NCBI GenBank assembly: GCA_030390025.1
Contig: CM059425.1
Span: 172,920,001 to 172,984,000 of the forward strand
DNA length: 64,000 nt
Direction of reading: 5' to 3'
DNA from: Squalus acanthias
Lineage: Eukaryota
In this document: piece after piece, positions 49,515 to 62,691 of the stretch
How positions within the stretch are numbered: the stretch's first letter is position 1
Layout: each line of letters begins with the position of its first letter
Made by a program: the position numbers and the translations under genes
The notes under the pieces: model-generated
Told to the model about the DNA's origin: nothing
Database searches by the model: none
Seen by the model: the letters and a program-made list of their open reading frames with translations, nothing else

Positions 49515-50472
49515 GAGCTACAACTTCCTCCAGTTAAACATTGGGAAGGCCCAAGCCATCATCTTTGACCCCCACCACAAACTTTGTTCTCTTGCCTCCG
49601 ATTCAATCTCCCTCCCCGGCCATTGTCTAATCTGAACCAGACTGTTTGCAACCTCAGTGTCCATTTCAACCCTGAGCTGAACCCATATCCTCTCCAGCAC
49701 AAAGACTGCCTACATCCAGCCCTGTAACATCACATGCCTCCACCCTTACCTCAGCCCATCTGTTGTTATAACCCTCATCCATGCCTCTGTCACCTTCAGA
49801 CGCAACTATTCCAGTGCTCTCTTGGCTGGTCTCCCATCCTTCACCATCTGTAAACTTCAGCTCATCTGAAACTCTGCCACCCATATCCTATCCCACACCA
49901 AGTCACACTCACCCATTACTCTTGTCCTCGCTGACCCACACTTGCCCCCAGTACCCCAGTGCTTCAAGTTTAAAATTCTTATCTTTGTATTTAAATTCCT
50001 TTCTGGTCTTGTTCCTACATATCTCTATAGCCTCCTCTATCCCCACAACCCTCTGAGAACTCTGCATTGGCTCTCGGTCCCCTCAACACCTCAAATTTTA
50101 AATTCTCATCTTTGTGTTTAAATATCTTCATCGCCTCACCCTCACCATCTCTGTAACCTCCTTCAACCCAGCAACCCCTCTCCCCCGCATCACAGAATGC
50201 TTCAGTCTTCTGACTCTGGTCTCTTCACCCTACCATTGGCGGCTGAGCCTTCAGCTCTCTAGACCCCACACTCTGAAATTCCCTCCCTAAACTTCGCAGC
50301 CTCTCTCCCACCCTCTCCTCCTTTAAGACCCTCCTTAAAGCCCACCTCTTTAACCAATATTTTGGTCATCCCTCTTATTATCGCCTATGGCTTGGCATCC
50401 ATTTTTTCTGATTACGCCTTTGTGACATCTTTCTATATTAAAGGTGCTATATAAATGCAAGTTCTTGTTGTT
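49515..50472 (+). mobile_element. Degraded L2 LINE 3' part
   Basis: NFLQLNIGKAQAIIF...TLIHASVT..., L2 tail TATATAAATGCAAGTT(GTT)n. Confidence 0.85.
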
Positions 50473-51413
50473 GAGTTGGTAAAAATGGGAAGTATGTGGA
50501 GGATGGAACAGTTCACAAAATCAAAAGATAAATACAGAAGCGGATGAAAGAAAACAGCCTGCAGTCCACAATTACAGAATTCAACTGGCTCTTCAGTATT
50601 GCAATTGCTGCTGTACCTAAGTTCCAGGTTCGATTGTTCTTTGAGTGAAAAAATTGTTGTGACATCAGTCCTAAGATTGACTTGCACCATCTTGAACCTT
50701 GAACTGTTTACAGTTCCAGAGGGAAAGGTTAAAATCTCTGATAACATATGTTGGCACCATGTCAGCATGATTAATAGCCCCACTAAACCAAGTGTGCCTA
50801 GATTACTTTTACTTGCTGGTTCTGCCTCACAGGAATGAGGATGCTCACAGACTGTTCAATGAAGTGAATAACATAAAGACCAAAAGCAGGAGTTGCCCAA
50901 AGGCCATGGGAGCTATATTGGGCCATTTAGAGGTCGTTTTTTTAGGCGCTACAAAGCCACACAAGGATCGAAACTGGGGTCTGAGATGCGTGTGCACACT
51001 TCCGACAGGAAGCGCGCAGGATGCCATCTTGGTTAAGGGGGTTTGCGTGTGTGCGCCTAACGACCACCGGCAACTTGTAGAGCAGCAAGATCGGTGTGCA
51101 ATACTGATTTGACGCCAGCGCTGCCATTTTGGAACTCGACACTCCAGGCAACACCCTGTCTTAACCTTGCTCAGCTGAACACGACGTTAAATGGAACGAA
51201 GACCCCCCACCAGTGCTATTTAAAGGGATCATGAACTACTTACAGGTTAGTTGCTGGATTATTTCTTCTGGCTGCTGGTGCAATTATTACATGTTTTTGG
51301 AGGTTTCCTATACATGGCGAAAGTTTGAATAGTCTACAGGGAGTGGTCTGGCTGGTGTTGAAGTAGTTTATTGGTCATATTAAATCTTGTGCTGAAACAA
51401 GTTGCTTCCAGAC

Positions 51414-52243
51414 ATGGGTGGCCTGGTAGGCCTTCCTCTTGGAATTGCGCATGACTGGGAGAATGAAGAGAGGCCACGCAGAGCAGGACAAGCTGCTAGA
51501 AGAGAGAGGAGGAGGAGGGGGAGAAGAGCTCTCAGCTGGAGGCCATATCTGCTCAGGGTTTTCAGGGAGCAATTCTCTACCTCAACTTCAGCGAGGACCA
51601 ATGCATGAGACGTCTTCATTGTACAAAAGAGGTTGTGACTGAAATCTGCCAACTGCTGCAGCCACAACTGTAGCCTCAAAGCAGGGCATGGACAGCATTG
51701 CCTGTGACTGTCACGGTAACTGTGGGTCTTAACTTTTATGCGTCTGGCTCATTCCAGGCTGCTGTTGGAGATATAAGCAACATCTCAAAGTTTGCAGTGC
51801 ATTGTTGTATAAGAGAGGTCACTGAGACTCTCTATACACAGAGAAACACTTTCATCTCATTCCCTCTTGCCAGAGATAAGCAGGCGAAGCGAGCATGAGG
51901 TTTTGCATGGATTGCAGGCTTTCCCGTGGTGCAGGGTGCCATTGACTGCACGCACATTGCCTTGCGTGCACCTCATCGGATATCTGCCATTTTCCTAAAC
52001 AGAAAGGGATTCCACTCCCTCAATGTGACCACAGGTAACACATCATGCAGGTGCATGGCCAGTAACCTGGCAGCAGTCACGATGCCTTCATTTTGTGGCA
52101 GTCCTCTGTTCCACCTGTGTTTCAACCACCACGGCAAATCAAAGGCTGGCTACTGGGCGACGAGGGTTATCCCCTCATGACATGGCTCATGACTCCCGTC
52201 AGGAACCCACGCACACATGCACAGCAGGCCTACCATAAGAGCC
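51414..52243 (+). pseudogene. Harbinger transposase, 3'-truncated
   Basis: LNFYASGSFQ...[15 protein letters not shown]...RKGFHSLNV...[17 protein letters not shown]. Confidence 0.9.
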
Positions 52244-52244
52244 A

Positions 52245-52404
52245 TGATTCAATCATGGCTTTCAAAAGGGAATTGGATAAGTACCTGAAGGAAAAAAAAT
52301 TTGCAGGACTACGGGGAAAGGATGGGGGAGTGAGACTAACTGAAGTGCTCTTGCAGAGAGCCGGCATGGGCTTCTGTGCTGTAATCATTCTATGATTCTA
52401 TGAT
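52245..52404 (+). mobile_element. CR1 3' fragment
   Basis: SIMAFKRELDKYLKEK and ATTCTATG tail. Confidence 0.8.
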
Positions 52405-52500
52405 GACCTTGGTGCATGCTGTCTCTCATGTTCAGTCATTCTTCAATCTTTCACAGCACAGATTCACTTTTCAAAAGACTCCCACCACTTCTTGCAGCCA

Positions 52501-52643
52501 CAATGCACTTCCCCTTTAAGAGGTGCAGGCTGCCTTTAAGTAGCACTAGCCACTCGCGATGGGTGCAGCCAATGTACTTCCCCTTTAAGAGGTGCAGGCT
52601 GCCTTTAAGTAGCACTAGCCACTTGCGATGGGTGCAGCCAATG
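52501..52643. repeat. 69-bp tandem duplication
   Basis: CAATGYACTTCCCCTTTAAGAGGTGCAGGCTGCC...GGGTGCAGC occurs twice with 2 mismatches. Confidence 0.9.
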
Positions 52644-52959
52644 AACAGAGCTGGCTGCACACAGCAATCATTTGAAACGCACTACAGGAAGCATGTCAAG
52701 GCTGTGAAGAGGGTGCAAAGGAGATTTCCCAAAATGATACCAGAGATGAGGGACTTCAGTTATGTGGAGAGACTAGAGAAGCTGACATTGTTCTCCTTAG
52801 AACAGAGAAGACTAAGGGGAGATTTAATAGAGATGTTCAAAATCATGAGGGGTTTTGATAGATAGGGAGAAACTGTTGCCACTGGCAGGAGGGCCGATAA
52901 CCAGAGAGTGCAGATTTAAGATAATTGCCAAAAGAACCAAAGGGGAGATGAGGAGCAAT

Positions 52960-55822
52960 GGACTGGGAGCGGGTGGGGGGAGGGGGTGGGGCCCGGTAGC
53001 AAGTGCAGTGTATCTGGCAGTGGCTTTTTAACCTAGTCACTACATTACCATATGATTTCCGGGTTTCCTGACCAATTATCGTCAATCGGGCGTGTTGACG
53101 ATCCGCAATTTCAACTCCAGTATTTAAAGGGACACTCCAAACATGCAATTTGAAGGAGTTTGGAGTTGGGAACCAAAGAGAAGGAAGTGCCAGCATAGAA
53201 TCCAGTCAAAGGCTGTGCCTTGTTTCAATGACACCTCCCTGGATGTGCTGCTGGGGGCTGTGCGGCTCAAGCATGACTGGCACGATGTCGCAGGCCTTTG
53301 CGATGATGTCTTCGTTCATGAAAAGAGTGGCCACCTGCATGGAGCATCAAATGCGCAATCACATGAGTGCATGCAGGCCCTCACCAATACTTGCACACTA
53401 TGAATGCCACCTGAAATAGGATGAATGATACCCGAGCCTTGGCTGTTCATCGGCCCACTGATCTGCAGCAAGTGTTCTCCAGCTCATTGCTAGCAGGGAA
53501 GTGCGGCTGGGCCACAAGAGGGATGATGGTGAAAGGAGACATGGAAGTGAGGACTCCGCTCAAAGCGCTTCCACTTCTCACCCATTGCCCCCCCACCCAC
53601 CCCCCTCAGTCAGTGCTCCACATGCTGCCTTGTGTCCCGATGGACGAGTCTGCCCCTGCACAGGTGCAGGTGGAGCAGTCTTTGATGGGGCCCTCCCAGG
53701 CTCCAAAACCCAGAAGACAACGGCCAAGAGCATCTCAGCAGTCAGAGCAGGAATCCGAGCAGGCTGGCTCTACCTCTGATGAAGCCACAGGGGCTGCACC
53801 ACGTAGAAGTGCTAGGAAAAGGAAGAGTAAAGATTTGTAGTTGCACAAGGGTATGCACATGGGTGTGTTACACATTGTTAGAATGTTAAGTTTCTGTTTT
53901 ATATGTGAGCCACATAAATATTATTCTTTTGCACCACTTTCCTCTCTTGTCCATTCTTAGTTGTTGGCTGCAAGTGGCCTTTTCAGTTGTGTGATGATGA
54001 ATGGGAAGACATGAATTAACACCAAGCAATAGGGGGCTGTGAAAGGGAAGCTTGGTTGTTTGCAGGACTGCTTTGTGTTAGTGGCATTGGGGGGGCGGGG
54101 GGGCGGGGGAGGGGGGCAAAAGTGGCTTTTGCATGTGGTTGTTAGATGGGTGCACTGGTGGAACCTAAGCGAACCTCACAATAATGGGGGACTCCCAGGC
54201 AGCAATGTGCGCCGTTGGTGGTGCATAGCCCGCCTCACCTCCTCCTCCTCCTCTTCCTCCTCGTCTTCCTCTTTCTCCTTGGAATCATCCGAAGAGGCTC
54301 TGTGCTCTGCGCCTTGTTCCTCCTGCAGGGCCAAACATCGCTGCTGTGCAATGTTGTGCAGAGTGCAGCACACCACGACCATTCTGGAGACCCTGGCTGA
54401 TGTGTACTGAAAGGCTCCTCCAGATTTGTCCAGGCACCTGAAACGCATCTTCAGCATGCTGTTGGCTTGTTTGATGACACATCTGCTGGTCATATGACAT
54501 TCATTGTATCGCTCCTGGGCCTCATTCCTCAGGTTTCTGCCATGTTTCAAATGGTTATCCCTTGTTTCTGAGCAGGCTGCTTTGAGGTATGAAGAGATCA
54601 GGGAGGGTGGACTGCTGTAGGACAAAAGCATCATGGCAGTTGCCCAGGAATCTTGCGCACACCAGCATAAAGATCTTTTTGTGGTTGCACACCAGCTGCA
54701 CATTGATGGAGCGGAAGCCCTTGTGGTTGGCGAACACTCCTGGGTGATCTATGGGTGCCTTAATTGCCACATGTGTGCAGTCGATGACACCCTGAACCTG
54801 TGGGAAGCCAGCCAGAGCTGCAAACCCGAACACCCATTCATTCTGACTGGTGTCATCACAGGGGAAGTTCACATAATTGCTGGCCCTGGCAAAGAAGCAA
54901 TTAGTCACCTGTCTTCTGCATTTGTGTACCGCCGACTGCGAGATCTTGCAAATGTCTCCAGCAGGATCCAGAGGCAAATAAGTTGAGGGCGGTGGTGACT
55001 TTGACGGCCATTGGCAAAGCGTGGCCACCAGGTCCAGTTGGCAGTAGGTCTTGTTCCAGCAGGCTGAATATGTCAGCCAACACCTGCCGCAACACCCTGA
55101 GCCTCCTCAGACACTGGTTCCAACATGTTGAGGAAACTTATCCTCTGCTTGTAGACCCTGTGTGTCGGATATGGCCTCCTGCGAATTGCACCTCTCTGCT
55201 GCTCCCTCTCTCCTTGGAGCTACAAGTCTCTGAGCAGCAGGCTGATGCAGATCCTGCTGCTCCTGATACTGCTGGTGATCATCTTGGTCCTCATCTGAGC
55301 TCTAAAGTAACACAGAGTAAGCGGCACCCATGCGGATCTGATAGATCAGAGCTCCAAAGTGCAGATCAGACCTCCGAACCTCTGAAGTGTAGATGACACC
55401 TCCAATGTGTGTAAAGTCACCTCCAAAGTAACCTCTCAGCACAAGTACTGTGAACAAACCCTTTCACACAAGCAGGTAAGAAAGCAGCTGTGAGTGCTGA
55501 GTGCTTATTGGAATATTTCCCTGTCATGGCTTCAGCCCCCTCAATTGCCGTTGTCTTCTCGCCTTGTTTTCACCGGCGAGTTCCAGGAAGTCCGGGAAAC
55601 CCGTGGAGCCAAAGTTAAAAAGCAAAACCCACGTCACTATCGCTGTTATTGAGTGATTAACATATTGAAATTGACAACCCGCCTCTGCTGAGAGGGTTGC
55701 ACACATGCAACCCAACGCATTGGAGTGAAATGCGGATGTCGGCGAGTTGGAGCCGGCTTCCCGACGCGTTTGCATTTATGCTGGATTGCACCTGCACCCA
55801 AACCCTTGTTAAAATTCTCCCC
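52960..55822. mobile_element. Decayed Harbinger element (family C-like) inside a CR1
   Basis: TSD AAT (52957-52959, 55823-55825); right TIR AAAATTCTCCCC, left TIR damaged; Myb remnants 53200-53840 (+) ending PRRSARKRK. Confidence 0.88.
54166..55331 (-). pseudogene. Harbinger transposase
   Basis: [19 protein letters not shown]...[10 protein letters not shown]...CHDAFVL...LKMRFRCLD; frameshifts. Confidence 0.9.
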
Positions 55823-56062
55823 AATGTTTTTACGCAGTGAGTTGATATGATCTGGAAAACACTGCTTGAAAGGGTGTTGGAAGCAGATTCAATAATAACT
55901 TATAAAAGGGAATTGGATATATTCTTGAAAAAGAAAAAAATTGCAGAGCTATGGGAAGAATGCAGGGGAGTGGAACTAATTGAATAGCTCTTTCAAAAAG
56001 CTGGCATAGGCATGATGGGCCGAATGGCTTCCTTCTGTGCTGTACGATTATATGATTCTAGG

Positions 56063-57100
56063 GGAACATTTGGGTGTCCTCATGCAAGAAACACAGAAAT
56101 GTAGCATGCAGGTACAGCAAGCAATAAGGAAGGCAAATGGCATGTTAGCCTTTATTGCAAGGGGATTGGAGTATAAGAGTAAGGAAGTCTTGCTACAATT
56201 GTACAGGGCCTTGGTGAGACCACACCTGGAGTACTGTCTTGGTCTCCTTACCTAAGGAAGGATATACTTGCCCTGGAGGCGGTGCAACAAAGGTTCACTA
56301 GATTGATTCCTGGGATGAGAGGGCTGTCCTATGATGAGAGATTGTGTAGAATGGGCCTATATTCTCTGGAGTTTAGAAGAATGAGAGGTGATCTCATTGA
56401 AACATACAAGATTCTGAGGGGGATTGACAGGGTAGATGCTGAGAGGTTGTTTCCCCTGGCTGGAGTGTCTAGAACTAGGGGGCATAGTCTCAGGATAAGG
56501 GGTAGGCCATTTAAGACTGAGATGAGGAGGAATTTCTTCACTCAGAGGGTTGTGAATCTTTGGAATTCTCTGCCACAGAGGGCTGTGAATGCTGAGTCTT
56601 TGAGTATATTCAAGGCTGAGATAGATAGATTTTTGGGGGGCTAAATTCAGTTGATTAAGAGGGCGCTAATGGGGCGCAAATCAACTAGCGCCTGGGTGCG
56701 GTGCCACTAACGCCTCCCATGAAATTCATATTTAATAAGGGGAGGAAGGCCTGCCGTACCGCGGCGCGACGTGCCGCAGTGCTGCGATATTGGCTCGCAG
56801 CGCCCCAAGAGGGACACGGGGCGCTTCCAGTAGCGCCCCTCCTCCCTCTCGGGGCGCTACCTGGGAAAATCAGCTGCGGGGGCGCTAACCTTTTCGGGCC
56901 GCTAAAATTAGCGCCCCGGCGAAGGTAGCGCCCCACCCAATTTTTACCCCTTGGACTCTAGGGGAATCAAGAGATATGGAGATCAGGCGGGAAAGTGGAG
57001 TTGAGGTTGATGATCAGCCATGATCTTATTGAATGGTGGAGCAGGCTCGAGGGGCCGTATGGCCTACTCCTGCTCTTATTTCTTATGCTCTTATGATCTT
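56063..57100 (+). mobile_element. CR1 LINE, 5'-truncated, split by a MITE
   Basis: LVRPHLEYC, RGDLIETYKIL, EIDRFL then DSRGI after the MITE, followed by 3'UTR and tail. Confidence 0.92.
56636..56950. mobile_element. CpG-rich Harbinger MITE (315 bp) related to 19743-23856
   Basis: TSD TTG on both sides; ends GGGGGCTAAATT / AATTTTTACCCC; many GGCGC motifs. Confidence 0.9.
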
Positions 57101-58174
57101 ATTCTTTCTGTGCCCGAAGTTCAGTGTTTTAGAATCCTCTTGAAGATGTCCTTGATTTGAGCTTACTATAACTTTCCAATGTCAACCTTTCTGACAGCAG
57201 CTTTTATTTTTGAAATGAATTATGCTTCAGTAGTTTATCCCTTTGCATTCATTCCCTTTTCAATTTATTAATAAGCCATTTTATTCTAGGCCAATCATAA
57301 AAAGTTTATAAACGTAATTTCTCAGCTATATCAAAGTAATAGATTGAAGTAACATATGGAGAAATTGTGGGAGAACAGCAGCCATCTGTTCTTCAATGAA
57401 GTAACAGCACAAAAAGTAGAAGTGGAAGACTGAGGGACAGAGGGAGGCAAGGCCGGCGGGAGGCCAGATGGACATTGGGCAGCGGGAGCAGCATGGGATC
57501 TATAAAGGGATGGTGGCTGCAGCCCCATCAAGGGGACCAAAAGAAACCAGAAGAGGAAGCTAGGAGCAGAGGGACTGAACTAAGAGGGCCATTGGCCAAT
57601 GAAAGCACCAGAGAGTGGGAGATGGATGATGCCTTTTGACCCCAGAAGTAGGTGAAGAGGATCCAGAAAGCTTTGATGGAGCTGAGCAGCAGAAGTTGTG
57701 TGAGGGGATGGGAAGGCTGTATAGTGCCACCTGGTAGTATATCAGGAAGCCATTCCTGGATAGTGGAGATGCGAACATTACAATTCCCATTAGTACCTAT
57801 ACTATAATGGTGTTGCAGGCAATGTTCCTGCTTAGCTGCGTGGCCGCGCAGCCGTCTGGAGGTCCTGCGCAGGCCGCTCACCAGCTTTACGATGGGAATA
57901 ACCGCGCATACGTGAAAAATTGAATGGGCCGTGCATCCAGTTAAAGGGCCCAAAAATAATTACAGGCAACATTGGTTACAGGTATGTGTAACAGGTGAGT
58001 GGTGGCATTTTAACATTGAAATTCCCATTAGCGCAGTTTACATAGCAGCTTACAATAGTGCACAGTACACATTACTTTTTTTTAAATAATATTTAGATGT
58101 TTAGAATGCTTGGTAATGTGCTGCAGAAATTTGATAAACCTGCTGCAAAATCAAAATTTTCTTGCTGCAGAATT

Positions 58175-58385
58175 TGTATATAGAATCTACAGCACAGAAA
58201 CCGGCCATTCGGTCCAACTGCTCTATGCAGGTGTTTATGCACGTAAGCCAACTTCCCACCCTGCCTGCGTATCCCTCTATCCCTTCACCCAGGTAGGCAT
58301 CAAGCCTCCCCTTAAATGCTAGCTGCTTCAACCACTGCTTGTGGCCGTGGCAGCGAGTTCCACATTCTCACCACTCTCTCTGTAT
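58175..58385 (-). mobile_element. CR1 3' fragment
   Basis: TAGAATCTACAGCACAGAAACCGGCCATTCGG tail; AFKGRLDAYL. Confidence 0.75.
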
Positions 58386-60390
58386 TGATTGGGTTTGCTG
58401 AATAAATTGAGCTACAGAACACAAGGGACTCTTATTATAAGTGGTTGTTAATGCTGGGAAGAGGGGAAAAAATTATATTTTTGTTCTTTGGAGCAAATGC
58501 AAAATTCATGTTTTTATGGAATACAGAAGCATCATTTTGAAGTTAATTCAGCTCCAGGGTGCTAAAGAGGCAAAGTGCAGGTTTCCTCTACTGAGTACAA
58601 TCTTGAAATTCTGCTTTCACTTGTTAAACAGGGTGTGACTGAAAATAACACTTCTAAATATGCTGAGGCCTTAGCTTTCTTCATGATTTCAGCCTGACAA
58701 TAATATGCATAAACTGGAATATGATGAAGAATAAAGGCAAATGATTCTCTCCCTGAGGCAGCCACATATAAAGGGATTATTTCAAACCAGATTAGAAATC
58801 TGTGATCACCCACTAACACCGAGGTGCTTTAAGGCTCTATGATGAGCATATGCAGAATCTTTTTTCCTTTTTTATAAGAATGCAACACAATATTGCTGAA
58901 TATTTATATGTCAGTGAACTATTAATATATTAAATGTAGTAAAGCATTTTGTTGAAGCATCAGGCACTGTTTAAGTGATAACTGTGCTAACTATTATAGT
59001 TGCATTAATCACCTGAAATGATAAATAAATCACTGTGAATAGAACACCTTTTCTGTAGTTACTGCATAACTTCCCAATCAGGAGAAAACAGTGACATTAA
59101 TTTAAATTAAGTTGCATTTTTTTAATAGGAAAATCTTATTTAATGGCTGTGACCAGAAGACTTTTCCTAGGTAAACACAAGAGTTTAATTCAATTCTTGA
59201 ATTTAGATAGTTTTACTGAAAAGCATTATTACAAGCAGTTCTTATTAATTGACCCTTTGTGCTTCTTTCACCAAATTATCTCCAGAGGGAATGTCACAGT
59301 ATAGCAATATTGATGCCACAATAATCATGGCAAATATATCTTAAATCAATATGTGTGAAACTGGAGTGATTTTAAGTTTACCTTCTGAAACGTAAAATGG
59401 GATTTTTGCCTTAAATTTACTGAGAAGTACTAGTTACTGTAATGAAAAGCTGTGAATTTTCTTCATTTTCTTTTTCTTGTACAATGCTGTGCTTATCTGT
59501 GAAGATTCCAAATGCTGGAGGGCCTGAGGGTACATTGCATCTGTAATATAGGATCTACTGTAATGCCAGGTTATTTATCTGTCAGCAATGAATAACAAGA
59601 AAATACACATCATTACATAGATTATATACAGGATATTAGACGGTAGCAATTTGTTTGGGTGGTTATGATGACTGTGAAAACCATGCAACTTACTGCAGTT
59701 TTTAGCTGCCCAAATTTCAATCATTGTCATATATTTCTGCCAGTGTTTTGTTTTATTCTTTGCAGTTTATACTACAAATTATGGCCCAAATTTCTGCGAT
59801 GCTCAGCAGTACATTCCTGGTGTAAGTCCATCCATAGTGCAACAGAGGGAGCAGAAAATTGGTTAGGACCCAGATATGGTGGGTGCCTGCCTACCATGCC
59901 AGTTTTCATTGGGCCTGTTTGGAGCAGACATCCATCTGAACCTAAACATGTGGGGAGGAGCTAGGCTAACCAGTGGGAATTTCTTGGCATTGGCTTGTAC
60001 CGAGTGCCCTATATGCCAGTAAGAACCCTGCATATGGTCACTGAGTGGCAGTTGTGGGTCCCACCTGCTAGGCCTGGGTCCTGGCTTGTCCCCCATAAAA
60101 AATGCCTGCTCCATTTGTTATATTGGCCTCATTGCGCGACGCCCTTAAAAATTTGTATGCCGGTGGCGCAGCTTTCTAAGCAAGCGACTTGCCAGCACCA
60201 CCATTCCTGACCCTCCTTCTGGAGGGCGCCCAGGATGCACCCAGAGTGACATGGGCTCCTGTCAATCGTATACCGATGAGGTGGCCTCCCCCAACCCTGA
60301 ATATTTCAGGGGTTCAGGAGCAGAGGTCACCAATGGCTGTTCTGTCGCACTTACTCTTGTGAAGTGGTTCCATGTATTTTTGGAGCCTCT

Positions 60391-62690
60391 GGCCTAGAAA
60401 TTGGATATGGCCTGAAAACGGGCGGTGTCTTGGCCCAGCGCTATTTAGTTGCGCCGGTTCAACGTGGTCCAGGCAGCACGCAAAATTGGTGCTGACTGCT
60501 CATTTACATGATTGTAGTGCTGATCTGAGCGCTAAAGGCGCTGCTGATTGGCCTACCATTCAACACGTGGGCTAATATCGGGTGCAGTCTAATGGCCAGT
60601 AATGTTTGACCTAGTCTTTCACAACTACTTAAAGGGGAGGTGCTTTGATGCAGCAGCACCTCATTGTGATTGGAGTTGGAGCTGGAATTGCAGTTGGAAC
60701 ACATGGCTGAGCAGCAGCAAAGAGAACGAGCCAGAAGTTTCTCCAATGCGGCTCTGGAGGCATTGGCATTGGTGGTGGCCGTGGAGAGGAGGAGGGCTGT
60801 CCTGTTCCCACAGGGTGGCAGGAAGCCACCAGCCCATACATTGAGAAGGATGTGGCAAGAGATAGCTGGGTAGGTCACGGCCAGCAGTGTGGTACCGAAA
60901 ACATGGATCCAGTGCTGCAAGAAGTTTAATAACCTCACACGGCAGGTCAAGGTGAATAAAGGCTTCAGAAAATGCTTTATCCCACCATCTGCACTACCAG
61001 CCTCACACACTGCTCAACGAATCACACCCCCATCACTCACCTACCAACAATCTCAACCTTTCACCACTGAGACCTCACAATCATGGCTTCACTTCACCCT
61101 CAAAACCTTACTACTGCTGCAACACTCCCACCCACATCTCACACCTTGCACACACTGACAACTATTCAACTATGGCAGGCACATCACCCAAACACATTGC
61201 ACCACACTCACTGACATACTTCCCTTTCTCTTGCCGGTCAAGGTGGCTCACAATCGGCGTGAGCAGCGGCAGATGGGAGGCGGCCAAGCTGCAATACAGG
61301 CCTTGAGCCAACTGGAGAAGTCGGTGCTCGATATTGTTGGAGGGGAAGTCACCGAAGCCGTGGCAACGGGCAAAGTTCAAGCCCTTGGGGACAATAATGG
61401 TATGGTCATTCCTAATCCTTCTTCTCACATCCCACTTCCCCTCAACCCACAGTCTCTTCTCACTTACAAGCTGCTGATGCTGTATGCACGGATATCTTGC
61501 TTTCCCCCCTGCTCCCCTCACCACAACCCGACTCTTGTGCCTTTCTGCTTTCAGATGGCCAAGATCTGCCAGCCACCCAGCCTGTCCCCGAAGTAATGGA
61601 GGAGAGTGAAGGAGAAGAAGGCACACCGTCACTGCACCTGACACTCGCAGACCCGAGCTCAGAAACTGGCACTGCACGGAATTTAGAGGGTAGTTTCGAT
61701 GTGGGATCTGCACATGGTGAGTCACCGGTCATGAGTGGGCTGCAGCAAGACCAGGGGGTAGCTCGGGGGCCAGCTCCCCAGAGGGTGAGTTCGCGTGCAT
61801 GTTCTGCTGCACACGACTCAGATGATGACTTCAATGGGGCGACCTTCAGAAGCAGGGTGATGGGCATGCACCCCGAAATGCTAGGTGCAATGGCAAGCCT
61901 GCCAAACAGCCTCTTGGCAATGTCAAGGAGCATGGAGGAGTCCGGCTCCAACATTGGACGGGGCTTTGTGCAGAGCTTGGAGCCAATGGTTTCCAGGCTG
62001 GAAATGATGGACAACTCCAGGAGAGACCTTGTCGACCCAGCTATGATGCTGCGTGTGATGGATGATGCCACTGCTTCCATTGCAGCACAGGCGGAAGCGA
62101 CCCAACGCCTCTGCTGCACTGGAAGCGCAGACCGCTCTCCTGCTGTCTTAGTTTGCTGCCACCCAAGCTCAGACTGCTGCCATCGTGGCTGGGTTTACCA
62201 GTGTCGAAAGGGGCTTGCAGGGTATTGCAGCAGGTCAGCAACCTGTCCTCCAACAGATTGCTAAGAATGCTGAGGTGCTGCCTGGGGGAGTGGCAATGGG
62301 TCTGTGGAGCACGAACCTGTTGTCCTCTCTCAGGATGGCAGCATTCCTATTCCCACCACTGCCACTCCGCCATTGCCCTTGACGCTGCCTATCAGCCAGC
62401 CCAGACTGCTGCCGCCCATGCTGAGGTGGTGCAGTCTACAGCCGGGCCTTCTAGGTCCTCAGCTGGTCGAGGTCAGCAGCCTTCCACCAGCCATGCTACA
62501 GCCACTGGGGGAGCACTGCTTAGGAACACCAGAGTAGGAAAGGGCACACGAACGACAGGCACTAAGGGATTGCACAAGGGTGATTAGTTCATATTGTAAT
62601 GAAAATTGAATAGTTATGAATTTATTAATTTTGTTTGGAATGTTTCTTTTGTGGTGGCTCTCATTTCAGCTTAGTGCCCAGGAGGACGCT
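60391..62690. mobile_element. Harbinger element (family A), Myb-side half, truncated by a LINE
   Basis: TIR GGCCTAGAAATT at 60391; Myb gene and 3'UTR match the 12445 copy. Confidence 0.88.
60703..62587 (+). pseudogene. Harbinger Myb/SANT gene; exons 60703-60951, ~61237-61399, ~61556-62587
   Basis: MAEQQQRERARSFSNAALEAL...WQEIAG*...PKTWIQCCKKFNNL; intron 1 acceptor mutated to CG; frameshifts. Confidence 0.85.
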
Positions 62691-62691
62691 T

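Larger units (their letters stand above)
50908..52680. mobile_element. Harbinger remnant, transposase on +, middle deleted
   Basis: CpG-containing left subterminal region, transposase pseudogene, and probable Myb-promoter remnant at 52420-52680; ends approximate. Confidence 0.75.
52680..56062 (+). mobile_element. CR1 LINE split by a Harbinger (pieces 52680-52959 and 55823-56062)
   Basis: RGDLIEMFKIM...GEMRS continues as NVFTQ after the insertion. Confidence 0.85.
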
